Shown: positions 27,230 through 40,204 of the stretch, in pieces
How positions within the stretch are numbered: the stretch's first letter is position 1
How the letters are laid out: every line of letters begins with the position of its first letter
Origin: Syncephalis fuscata S228
Lineage: Eukaryota; Fungi; Zoopagomycota
Reading direction: 5' to 3'
Assembly: GCA_025786725.1 (NCBI GenBank)
Contig: JAHLTZ010000019.1
Location: 372,001 to 436,000, forward strand
DNA: 64,000 nt
The notes under the pieces: model-generated
What the model was told of the DNA's origin: nothing
The model's input: the letters and a program-made list of their open reading frames with translations, nothing else
Database searches by the model: none
Made by a program: the position numbers and the translations under genes

Positions 27230-29075
27230 ATGGCAATGCTGTTTAATAAATGTTATAAGATGCCATGGCAATTCAAGCGTAGCAATAAGCTGCACCAAGC
27301 TATGGATTCACCCATTTGTAGTTGGTGTTTAGAGCTAAACACATGAACACCACAGCATATTACAACTAAACAACACATCGCATATACTGATATGTCATTA
27401 AATGATTGTAATATAGCAATTAATCTATATCACGCTAAAAGTAATTGTAGCAATACTAGCTTTGCGCCTAGAATTCCAAGCAATCCAGTAGAAATATCTT
27501 ATAATGATTAGCCCGAGCGTGTCCGATAATATTTAAGACTAATGAAGCTATACTGCAACTATTCAACAACACCCACAAGTAAACAGTATATATATACGTT
27601 TGCCTATTACATGCATTCACATATCACACCAATCTAATGTGTGATGGCAGTGTTCAGCAAGTTGAATACTACCAGCACACCTCCAGCGCGCGTTACAAAC
27701 AAGTGAACACTAACATATGACCACCCATCACAGGTCGCCGCATCAACATGAGGGAGCGTACAGCAATACTGACTTGCTAAACACTGCTACTGCACGCTCT
27801 AGCATCCCACATGTCTCCGCACTACACTAGTATATAGTCGCCTATTACAGGCAACCATATAATTGCTGAGCCAGTATAATACAGTAGTCTGCAAATACTG
27901 TATTACACATTCAACAGAGCTCAAAAGTAAGAACACAGTATTCCATGATCAACCAACAAGGGATCACACACCACTGGATGTGACTACTAGAACAGATGCT
28001 TTCCATTAACAAACGGTTTACAGCACATTAACAACTAGAAACAGAAGAAGGCGAAGTAATGAGCAAAGTAATCTCAACACAACCTTATAAACTTCAAAAC
28101 ATATCTACCAATTAGAATAACAATATTGGTAAATAGTATGTGGCAACTGTTCATTGGCGTATTGCAACTGACTGAAACCTAATGCCAGATACCATCTTAT
28201 CAGTAAATTGGATTATAATCCCTTCCTTATTTCCCTATTTGCTCACTTTTTGCCTTCCATTTGCCGGTCATTTCCGCGCATAATCAGCATATCTACACTG
28301 GCTAGTTGAATCAATTGGCCAATACAACTGAAACATAGCCAAATGCAACCATTCTTAATCAGTTGTACCACATAATAGCGGCTCTTTCCGATGCTATCAA
28401 TATTTTCAGGGTCTAGCGGGTATTTTGCTTTCCCCAAGTATTCTTGCCATTCGCACACAATTAAATCAGTCGATCCACACAATTTATTACTGTATTAGTT
28501 AAATAAAAATGACTATTTTTCTTTAGAAATATGGTCTATAACATAATTCACCGATTGAGTTTCAATGCTACTAAATAGAAATAAAATACACGTTGTTCAT
28601 ATTACATTACAAAGCCCGTTAAAGTTATGAAGTAAAAACAGGAATAAACACGTAACCATATCGACTGCAAAGGCCAACATGAAAACCAGTATGATGTAGC
28701 ACATGCATGCTTAGCCAAGTGACTATATAAAATACCGATATGCACAATAGTTTGCTATACAGCTTAGGACTGAGCTATAGCATCAGTAAGCAGAATATAC
28801 TACAAGTTCAGCGCTAGATTATTTTTACAATAAAATATTATTGTTGTTATACCATCTTTAATACTAATTGATATTGTGTATTGTACGCATGTTTAAATCA
28901 GTGAATAACGCAATGTATTGAATCTTTCGCCTTATCTTTTCATTTCACTTTAAAAGCTCGTTTTTTTATTTTAACAAACTATCTGTTATTATTGCTTGTA
29001 TTTAAAATTTGCAACATCCTAAATTCTACAAATAGCCAAACAATTCTCACTTCGGCCACTATATCCATTACTACT

Positions 29076-31343
29076 ATGTCCTATCCAGATTTGCCCTTTG
29101 CGACTGCATCATATGCTACATCTTGCCTAATTCTCTAAGTGATGAGGATTTGCTCTACGCAAAAATTCCAGCAAGTTGGAATAATTTATCTGAAGAAGAA
29201 CGCAGTAATACAACTGCGTGGATTGAGGTGTATGGTCCGACACCTCAAGGTATGTTAAGTTGATACTAGACGTAAATGTGTCTAAACGCTAGTTGTTTAG
29301 AATTCATTTTGTCGAATAGCCAGAGCTTTACAATTGGGGCCAATCAACACTGGTAACTAGCAGCTATATATATATATATATTAGTAAACTGACAGTATAC
29401 TATCTAACAAATAGCGATTATCGACTTAATGTAAAACACATGCCTCAGCTGTGCTGTGAGTTAACGGTAGTAAGTACAATTTATATTTTATCAAACTGGT
29501 ATTAATTATAAATCGTTACAGAAAGATACTGTTATAACATGTTCCGTAAGTAAATAATTTTTTAATATGTTTATTGCTGACTATCAGTATAGAGCATTGA
29601 ATTACCTGTTTTAACAGGTTAGTTTGTATAAGTAATTATAATGAAATTATTAATATTGAGTTTAGTTAACGGTAAAAAACTGGGTGTGTGTGAGACAAGA
29701 AAATTTAATGGCAATTGCTATATCGAGATACCTAATTGTAAAAGTAAGTAACATATATTTATTGTTAGTATGCTTAACCATACATTGCAGCAACTTTCAA
29801 TGTTTACATCTTGGAGCGCGTCAATACTATAAAAGTAGAAGAAAGTATAGAATATCAAAAAGTAAGTTTTTAAATACATTTAAATATTATTAGTGTAACA
29901 GAATAATACTATAGAAAATCCATTTGCCTTATATTATAACAAGCCGAAAACTTGGGCAGTAAGTATTTATACCAAATAAAATAACTAACTAATAAATTGC
30001 TTGCAATAGAGGCTCATATGGATTGGTACGTATGGGATTTAATCGCATCATGCGTCAGCGTGTCGCAATTAAGATCTCGCCGCAAAGTCATAGTATTAGC
30101 AGTTTCCTAAACGAAGTTTGCGCCTTAAATGTTGTGGGAAGCCATCCACGAGTTATACAGTTGTTAGGCTGGGATTTTACCAGTCTTAATACATACTTGT
30201 ATATTCAGTATGCGGATGGCGGTGATTTAAGTAGCTACATTAAACGCCATGCTCCACTTCCAGAGATGGAAGCAAAAAATATCTTCAAGCAGTTACTTGA
30301 AGGGATCCAGGTAACTAATATCCTAGATTATTAATTAAGACACCAACACTTTATTAGTTCCTTCATAGTAAAGCCATTATTCATCGTGGTAAGTAAAATA
30401 CTTTATTTATTGGTACAGTTATTAATTATTGTTATTATCTTCATTTAATTAGATATCAAGGTAATTTATTAATTTAATATTAAGCACAATTACTTACAAT
30501 TATATAGCCTGGCAATATATTGCTTCAGAAATATTGCGAATATCCCAAAGTTTTGTATACGGACTTTGGAATGGCTTGTTTTTTAGAACCTTGTTCCGTA
30601 GTGTCCGATTTTTGCGGTACACTTTCTTTTATGGCACCTGAGGTTTTATTATGGTCAGGTAAACGGGCGTCTCTGATTAAGGATGCCGAAGAATACACAG
30701 AAATAGTAGACCTATTAGATTCAGTACCATTTAACATTGGTGGCTATGGTAAACCTATAGATATGTGGAGTTTAGGGGCAACACTCTACAGAATGGTATT
30801 TAGTAAGTATTAATAAAAAATAAAATACTTTACTAACTTCGATATCATAACTAGAAAAATATCCATATGGTGCATCAGATGAACTAGAGTATATAACAAA
30901 TATATTTGAAAAATCGCTTACTTTTGATTACAATAATTCGAAAAGACTAAGTGATCAAAGTAAGTTAAATATTTTTTTATTTTAACAACTAACATTGTGC
31001 AGTCGTCCATTTAATGGAAAAACTATTTAATATCGATAGTAGCATGCGATACACGGCAGAAAAGGCGCTAGAGTGCGCTTGGCTTACTGAAGAAAAAACA
31101 GTGCCAATAAAGGTGACGTCTACTGCCAAAAAACAGCATCAGCCAGTTCCCGTGCTTCTAAAACAACAGCGGCCAATTCGTCAGTGTCGTCTCAAGCCGA
31201 AAATCCAAAATATTACCAAGCAAATGGCTTTTTTGGAAAAACGCATACCAGTTTGTCAGTCTCGTACCAAATCAAAGATTTACGATAAAAAAAAGCGAAT
31301 CGTTCCCTTCCGTAAATGCCGTTTGAATAAAAAGGCACGGTAA
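29076..31343 (+). CDS. FHA-like plus Ser/Thr kinase, MEK1/CHK2-like; many small exons; apparent 1-nt deletion near 29123
   Basis: PYIITSRKLGQGSYGLV, VAIK, FLNEV, IIHRDIKPGNILL (via microexon 30453-30460), TDFGMA, FCGTLSFMAPE, GYGKPIDMWSLG. The N-terminal FTIGANQHCDY..VNGKKLG resembles an FHA domain. Confidence 0.8.
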
Positions 31344-31904
31344 CTAAAGGGTAAGAACTCACTAACAATTATAAAAAGCATAACACTAATTATCTTAAAT
31401 ATTTAGCTGTATATTGTCTGCCTATTGCTGCTTCATATACTATGAATAAATACTATGAGTATTATTTTGTTTAATATCTAAGTCGCACTCCATTTTTTAT
31501 AATGTAGTGAATGTTCATATATTTTATTGCAATGATATGTGCCGAATTATCCATTGTTCGATAAAAGTGGTCATGATAAATAAAGAATATTACAATTAGT
31601 CGTATTCAATACAACTATGTCACGTTATTCTTTTTAACAGCAAAATCAATAAATTATTTAGTTAACTACCTTATTTATTTATGTTAATATTATTAAGCTA
31701 ATAAATGTATACTTTGCGTCTTTTAACTTTTACCTTAATTTTAAAAGTATATGGACCCTATTATCTATTTACTAAGTTAAACAAAGTTAGTTAATTACCC
31801 AGCATATTGTATGTCATTTAATCTTGTTATTTAATTTGCTTTTATAAATGATTTATTAATTATTTAATATTTGTTTTGGTGGTTAAATGCCTTTTCTAAT
31901 AAAT

Positions 31905-32200
31905 ACTCACACAATTGAACTAAATAATTTTCTATTGAACATGAAACTAGGATTAATTCACATCAGGGTCCAAAATACTCATCATTGTAGATTTATTATC
32001 CACTATGCATATATTCTCTATCCACTTATATCATTTTAATTGTATACTCATACTATTATATATTATTTTATAATATAGTAGACACGCACTATTTAAAAAT
32101 GCTGTTTATTTGACATTATCTTTATTATTTATAAATATCAACTCGTTTATTTTATTAAATCGTTACCAATACAATTGCAATGATGCTATTCATTCATATG
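31905..32200 (+). mobile_element. Dispersed repeat family copy D (direct relative to copy B)
   Basis: CTATTGAACATG..AAATACTCATCATTGTAGATTTATTATCCACTATGCATATATTCTCTAT..TAGACACG matches about 20482-20620. Confidence 0.8.
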
Positions 32201-34570
32201 CTTATCATTCTGTTAGAGAATAGACATAAACTGTTAATAAAAGTATTTATTGTTATTTTATTTATAATTGACGTGTTAGTACAGTAGAATAAAATAATAG
32301 CACATTTTAATATGACTGAATGGACAATTGAGTTAACTGGCTAATGGAAATATGGCTGTTTTTGTAAAAAAAAGCCTGATGTAAGGGACTATAATTTGAT
32401 ATACTAATAAGATGGCATCCGTGCATTAGAAGGTTTCAGCCAGGTACAATACGCCAACGAACAATCACCATACAATCTTTACCAATATTATCCATTCTAA
32501 TTGGCAAATATATTTTAAAGTAAGTTTATAAGGTTGTATTGCGGCGTAAACTAGCTGTCCTGTTGGAGTTTTTTTTAATAATGCGTTATTATAAAATATG
32601 GTAATAGCAATTTTATTAGCTTTTCTTTTACCTTTACACACGTACATGTTTAATAAATTTTAGATTCTATTGTTTTGAATACTATCGTTTATTGCATTGA
32701 CAGATCTGTCATTTAATTAATTAATTTTATATTAGCTATTGTAAAATTATCGATTCAGTGGTTTTATTTCACGCATTGCTAATACTAGGAATAAACAAAT
32801 GATTTTTAGGGATAAGATATAACCAGTAGACAATAAATTGGTGTATAATACAATGTATGGATAGGTCCCAGCTAAGAAAGCAACAATATGTTATGGATTA
32901 GTATTATCATGGTAGATAAAACAGATAGTATGAGTATGGTGATTGTAATTTCATAAGTAAAGACTGAGAGTCCAACTGGCCATGGGCCACAAAGGTTCAA
33001 AGGATACATCATATCTATATTCAGATACACGAGTAGCATGTGTTCAATATAAATACGCACATGATTATTTACCTCGTAGTAGAGCATTAATCTTTATTCT
33101 AATACTATCTTATTGTTGCTTAGTCTTAGTCATTATCATGCCATCACAAATGCCGGCGTCAGTCACAGTATTTGACCAGGAGAAGCGGTGCAAAAACGAC
33201 AAATCATCCAACGTCATACATACAACACTGAATACACATTAGAGAAATCAAAATGAAAGACGTGCAAGAAACAAATGGATCGTGCACAGCCAAACACCAG
33301 TGTTTATGTTAATGTTGCTACTGGACTACGAAAGCTCGTAACTATTGATAACAAAAACCAAGTAGTTGTATCTATCTAAGCATGTTAGTAAAATAGTAAG
33401 TATACTAATAGGATTAATAATAATGGCACAATAAAAACAATTTACACCAGAGACAAGCGTAATCATAGAATATATCATAGCTAAAATGCAAATGCTAAAC
33501 TAGTACCAATAATCCCTATTTGTGTGCAATCGGTTGATAGGTGGTGTAGTGCAAATTCTTCACGCACACGCACTCTCAATGGTTTGCCATTCTACTCCCC
33601 TTTTCCCTTATCGCTGCCAATCATGACATCATTCTGAAAATGGCATTCCTCACAGAGGTACAAGCATAGACACCGACGTTGTGTACTGCATCAAACGTCA
33701 TTTTTAGCGGAGATTCTATCTTAAAACGCAGCGTGCCTCTAAAAGGGCATGCTAATCACATGGTTATATTATTGGCAGGTAGAATATACATTGTGGTTGA
33801 TAGTGCTGACAAGTAGTTTCAACCTCAACTGCCCTTCTATCCAATACAAAGCGAGCAGACACTCAAATGGAATAGCTATGTATTTTAGCCGATTCAATAT
33901 GTTTAGCGCAGACTCCGACAAATCAATCTATGTAAAGGGTTTGTATCGGGGGAAGGGGCTATTCCAACTAAAATAGATAGATAAACAGATAGATAGATAG
34001 CGAGAAAAAGAGAAAGCGAGGAGAGAAAGTAATGAAATAGTCATCGGAATAAATAGAAACAAATCATAATAATGACATAGTGCTGTCTATCTTGTTGATT
34101 TGTCAATATCAACGGATGGGCGGTTGCCAGGTCATTGTTGCGATGGTCTCGTGTGTCTATGCTTGTGTGTTCAACAACGGCCGATAACAACGCTGATTTA
34201 TTGATGAATTACTACTGCCATTATCATGGTGGTCATACGTATTGGATGCCATGTAGTGGCGACGGAGAAAAGGCCACATACACACGCGTGTTCATCAGCA
34301 CCACCACCACACACACACACGCACACATCTCATGACGAACCCTTATCCGTTCATAGTTATAGCTATTTGAGGATTACCATAAATTGTCAGGTCATTTTTG
34401 CCACCGCCTTGCTTTTACTCTCTCCTCTCTCTCACACACTCATTCTTGGCCAATCTATCGTGAAAGCACACCCACACCCACACACCTTGCTTTCTTGCCT
34501 CCTTTTCTTTACGTATGCTATATTTCCCTCATTTAACACAGTCTCGTTTTTAGTGCTTTATTATTATTGC

Positions 34571-34597
34571 TACTACTACTACTACTACTACTACTAC
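34571..34597 (+). repeat. (TAC)n microsatellite in the leader/intron region of the 34835 gene
   Basis: Read directly from sequence. Confidence 0.9.
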
Positions 34598-34834
34598 TGT
34601 TACCCTTTATCCCTTATTGTTTTATTATTACCATCTACACTAACGAGTGTTGTGACAATAATAGCAATATTAAAACAGCTAGTTGATTACCAATGATGTA
34701 AGCTAATAGATAACATGCACTGCATTGTTATCGACTGCATTTGCAGCAATAATTATTTTTGTTCAACTAAGTGTTTTTGCTAATATATTATAACTATTAC
34801 TTTATTTAGGGAGCAACAAAATAGCACAGCTACT

Positions 34835-35717
34835 ATGTCATTGAAAAACGATAGCGATAAAGTAGCGTTATCAGTTGCTTTACCGTCGCCACCGCAACAG
34901 CAGCCACAACAAGAATCGCATACTGAACCACTTTCCCTACTTGAGCGACGCATTTCCGGACGAAATGGATCACCTGGTGTTACCTTTGTCAACAAGCGGA
35001 TTGGTGCGTAGTTTGAGCAGGGAGGATAAGCGTAATAGCGAGTGGAAGAAAGAGAGTGTGTGTGGGTGTGTGAAGTAAAAATCATTGGGTGTGACCAGTA
35101 TCTGTGAGCAAAGGCGAATGGAAATGCAAATGCCGCAGTCATAATCGTCATGATGATGAATTACAGTGGACTAACACTTGTTTTATGGATACTGTAGAAT
35201 TGACGCGCGGATTGACACTGCCTGATGCGCGTGCCCCTCGTACACCTTATCCTGCTAAACTGCCATTGACACCTGTCAGTGGTGGTACACCGACAGCAGA
35301 GCAAGGTATTTTAGATGAAGCAGGCGCCGCATTAAATAGCACTGCCGCTATTTCGTCTAATAATATTAATAGCAGCAACAATAATACGAATAATAACAAA
35401 AAGTTGAATAACACTTCTCCTCTTGCTGCCTCGTCGGCAACTGCAACTGCAGCAACACCTAATACCGATAATGCATCTACTGTGCTACCACGTCGAAACC
35501 GCAACTCTACTCGATTTGGATGGGTAACGGATTGGCGTCGTATCATTGGTGTTACAAGTATTGCTGCAGTTATGCTGGCCATGGTAATAACATCGGTTAA
35601 AATCTCATAATAGAAAAAACATATCCATTATATAATAGTCTTTCCAACTATTATATTAAGGTTGCTGTAATAGTGATTATTTTCACTATACTTGTCGATA
35701 TGACACTCAATTCATGA
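34835..35717 (+). CDS. Hypothetical protein: disordered Pro/Ser/Thr/Asn-rich cytosolic part plus C-terminal hydrophobic anchor (3 exons)
   Basis: ATG 34835. Introns 35004-35197 (GTGCGT..CTAAC..TAG) and 35584-35660 give a continuous frame ending RRIIGVTSIAAVMLAMVAVIVIIFTILVDMTLNS. Confidence 0.65.
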
Positions 35718-36232
35718 CATGCTTTATTTTCTTTCTTTCTTTCATTCTACTAGTGAGTTCATCGCCATGCATTGATCTGTCTGGCCTTTGTTCTATCATT
35801 GGTATATCGTCATGATTTACACTTCTCTTTCTCCATTGCATTACAGAACACTTATTCACAAGCTGGTCAAGTTCTATTTCTTTCGTGTATCATCCATTAG
35901 TATCGCGTGTGCGTATATGGGCTTTGTTATTCTTTTATTAGTCTCGTTATCTCTTCTCGCTTTATTTTCAATTCTATCATTCCGTCAACTCTACACCTTG
36001 CTCGAGTTGAATGACGCAAAGTTCTTTGCCACTCAGTAACAGTTGATAACAGTATGTTTGTCAGCCAATTTATTATAAACAGCACAAATAAAACCTATTC
36101 TTAGTGGCACACTATAAATTATAGACCCATCCATTGGTCTAATGGCTTGCGTGTCCTTACATGCTTAAATAAAACATGTTTTTAAAGGTAATACAATGGA
36201 CAACCTATACCACGACAGTGTACAGTTGTCCT

Positions 36233-39164
36233 TTAAGCCATATTGCTTATACCACGTCCGCTCCCGATAGAGCGTGCTAATCCATAACTACTGGCACTTC
36301 CAACTACACTATCTACTGGTACAGATCGACCATACAGTGTCTGTGAAGCATTGATATTCTGTGGCTGCATTCGAATACGTTCACTTTGGGCGTGGATGCC
36401 AATGCGTTCACTATGTGGCGTGCCAGGCATTGATGCATCGTCATCGGTGGTCCTTAGTCGATTATAGCCTGATTGCTGATTACTAATCGGTGTGGGCCGT
36501 GCTCGTTGCCAAACACTGCTTACGGCCGATGAAATCTTTTGTGTCCAGTTGTTTGAACCATCACCTGACGCTCCTCTTGAACGCACTGCCGCGATGGTTT
36601 GATCTGGACCATTGGCCGGTAACCATAGACGTAGTGCATTTTCATTTGATTGGAAAGGGTTATGTTGACTTGATTCCGAATCAATATGATGATAGCCTCG
36701 ATGTGCGCGGTCAGCTTGTCGTTCCGGTAAATAGCCACGTGAATCAATCCCCATAGTTTGCATAACTCTACGTCGTTCTACAATACAGATATACATATTA
36801 GTAATTAGTATATAAGCAAATTAATTTGTTTAAATTATAATTACATACCTGCTTGAATCAATCGACGGCCTTCTTCTGATTCATTTTGACGCCATTGATT
36901 TGCTTGATTCAATTGGCTATTGTTGTTATTATTGTTATTATTGTTTGGACTACAGTCATCGTCATCGTCGTATGAATAGTCACCACAGCCGAATGCTCGT
37001 GTTAAACGATCCGATATACGGAAGAACGTAATAACACTGGGGATTAGAATAATTAACGGTGTCCATTGACTAAACCGATCACCCAAAAAGGGTACCAAAT
37101 CCAAAATACCCATAAACTACAATCGAATGAGATTAGTTAATGAAATACTGTAATTAATATCAATTTACCTGTGAAAATACCGCATCATCTTGCGCCACAA
37201 CAAGATTCAAATAGTTATAACATAACGGTACGCTAAACAATCATTAATAAAACAATTATTATTATCAATAACAGTAATGTTGCTTACGTTAAACGACAAA
37301 GATAACCGCCCATAAATAACATACTGCCCACATCACTACTACGTGGTACTAGAGCATAAAGATTAAAGATACGTATGCGCAACAGACTTGTATAAGCGCA
37401 GATACACATATAAGCCAGTGAAATAATTGAAATAAGCTATTATTCCATTATTAGTACAATATACTAAGGCCATTAATCAATAGTATACCTCAGTTAGTCC
37501 ATAGGATCGATTGGCCCATCGAAGTACCAGACCATAGATGGACAGCATTGGATGTTCCCATTGTAGTGTCAATTCTGACCATAACAATGCCATACTCATT
37601 AATGCACAAATGACAGCCAATATACGTAAAACGATTGGTCGAAGTATAATACGCCACCACCATCCTGTAATAGCAGTTATAATACAGTTATAAATTATTA
37701 GAATAATCAATGGTATTCACTTACGTGCCGATCGTCGTAGATAGGCATGAGGATTGGCCGATAATGGCTCCAATGGCGAATGATATTCGCTAATTATCAT
37801 AAGTAACATGGAATGCTATTTAACAGTATTAATATGCCGTCTTACCGATCAGGATTATCACGATTCTCCAACTCATCTTGAAGGGTAAACCCTTGTTTAA
37901 GTAGCCGTTCCCATTTACTAGATATAATTATTAGATATCATTTTGGCTATTTCTTTGGTCTATAGATTACTTGCCATAATGCACGATCATAAATGCGTTG
38001 AGCCTTTTTATATCGTCGATGCAGTAATGTTATATACTTTTCCGTAATAACACGCGGTATACTGACACGGGGATAGTTCTCCACCATAGATGTAGGGCAC
38101 TGTTAATGCAGGTTAGATTGGTTGCATTCAAGCAAATTAGACCATTTACTTTGTGAGCAAGTATATCAATCATCCAATAATATTCATGATCCGTTTCCAG
38201 TGTATCTGCCAATTTAACAATGGTCTAAATAGCCATTAGTAACACTAGTGGTTGATTTGATGTTGTTAAATACTTACGGCAACTGTATCGAGTAGTTCAG
38301 CCTCGGCTTCCTCGTAGGCATCTTTAACGTTGACTGCCCGTCGCGTAACCTGAATCCATCGACGCTTTGTATTAGCAGCACGCCAAATACTACGTGGCAC
38401 TGCTACTAGTCCATGGCCCATAAACAATAGTACAAGTAATAGACCCCAAGAGTTGGCTGCAGCCATAACAAACGCCAAAAAGGCCCGTCTATTGTTTCCG
38501 GTTACTGTCATAGTCTACAATGGATCCATTCTACCAACACTTACCCATCGGCAAAATGGTATACAGATAAAATGTAAATAATGGCTATTAGTGCTGCAAT
38601 CGCATAGGCACCAAAGTAAATGGCGTGTCCTTTAATGGCATTACGTAGCCGACGACGAAATACAAATTGGCCTGACTGTAGAAATCCTTGCAATACTGGA
38701 ATAATTATCCTATAGTATTTATGCATCAGTATAACATATACACTATTTATTATACTTGCCAGTTAAGAAAGAACGTCGTCCAGTACATTCCACGCCATAA
38801 ACCCCATAGTGTTGTTTCTGATAAATAGATAGCTGGTCGATGACAGAAAGCACTAATTGGTTCTGCTACTGATGACGTCGGACATCGACGGTAAATGGTC
38901 TAGTGGCCCGTTAACAACACTCCTACAACTATGTACAATCACTACGCCACTACTGCTGTTACTTACTGAAGTCAAGTCAAGTGGCAACAGAGCAACTACG
39001 GCGAATCCTACAAACCAACTTATAGCCGCCATAGCACCCGGCAGTAATGGTAGACGTACATCCCGAGTATAGCGCCATAAAGCGCCCGCTACCGTGAGAC
39101 ATGGTGCCAATACGAGTAGCACTGGTAGGATGTAGTCGACAAGCTGTACAGTGCCTAGTCCCAT
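36233..39164 (-). CDS. LMBRD2: LMBR1-family multi-pass membrane protein (LMBRD2-like), many exons including a GC-AG intron (37974-37918)
   Basis: ISWFVGFAVVALLPLDL, LWRGMYWTTFFLT, AAANSWGLLLVLLFMGHGLVAVPRSIW, SMALLWSELT, GGYLCRLT, PLCYNYL, MGILDLVPFLGDRF. Confidence 0.9.
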
Positions 39165-40204
39165 ATTGTAGTTTCTCTTCCCTCCTATACAAATAGTAAT
39201 GACAAATATAGTTGGAAAGAAATAGAAGAAGTAGAAAGAGTGAACCGAGTACTAAGAAGATAACTATAGAAAGAAGGATCAACGGTCACACGATGTTCTA
39301 CGTAAAAGTGTTATGCATATTCACACATCGCCATATACATTTTATATTATTAGTAAGAGTAAGTACACACTTGGTTACAATGGTTAATTACCACTTTAAT
39401 ATTTACATATTTGTGTTATTATTTGTTCTATTATATTTACGCTTTGTATTGTGGTTATTGTCATTGTTATTTACATTGGTCTATTCACTTAATGTACATA
39501 TAAATGCTTTTTATACTGTTTATCTATTGAATACTCTTTATTATCAACGCCATTGCTATTACTCCTCTTGTCTACAACTCGTGTTACTATGACACACAGG
39601 TTCCAATGTTAACAAGGTTATCTGTAAACACGGATCCTATTTATTATACAAATAAATTTGTCTCATTGATGTAGCACATAATACACACACACACACACAC
39701 AGACACACGCTCACAAGGTATTTCCTTTTCTTTCTCTTCTACACAAATACTGATTGGCTATTTCTGAATACATTGTTCGTATTTTGCATCGATTCATCTT
39801 CATCTCACCTTCTTCTTTCTGTCCTGCCGTCTATTTTTGTGCATATAGGCACAGATATTCATCGTGTACTTGCTGGGGCGTCATCTTTACGGAGGACTAT
39901 CTCTTTTATTAAAGGTAAGCATTCTGGCTGTAGCATTTCATGCCACTATCCACTCGCTTAAACAGTAGACTAACTATCAGTGATATCAACGGCAATAGTC
40001 CTTCTGGAGTGAACTAATGTTGGATCCTGGCTAATAAACCGTGGTTTGCCTGCAGTGAACAAGATTGTTATTGTTCACCGGTGCAGTATATAGCCAGAGT
40101 TTATCTCTACTGTTGTTTTCCCCTTCCTTTAACGCTTATCTGTGTTTGTTTGTCGTCAAGATCGGTCGTAAATATCGATTGACTGATTGGTTAGCCGTTC
40201 TAAT

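Noticed and set aside
26000-28500. Telomerase RNA, RNase P/MRP or snRNA identity for the non-coding island
   Set aside because: No CCCTAA-type template or recognisable conserved boxes found by eye.
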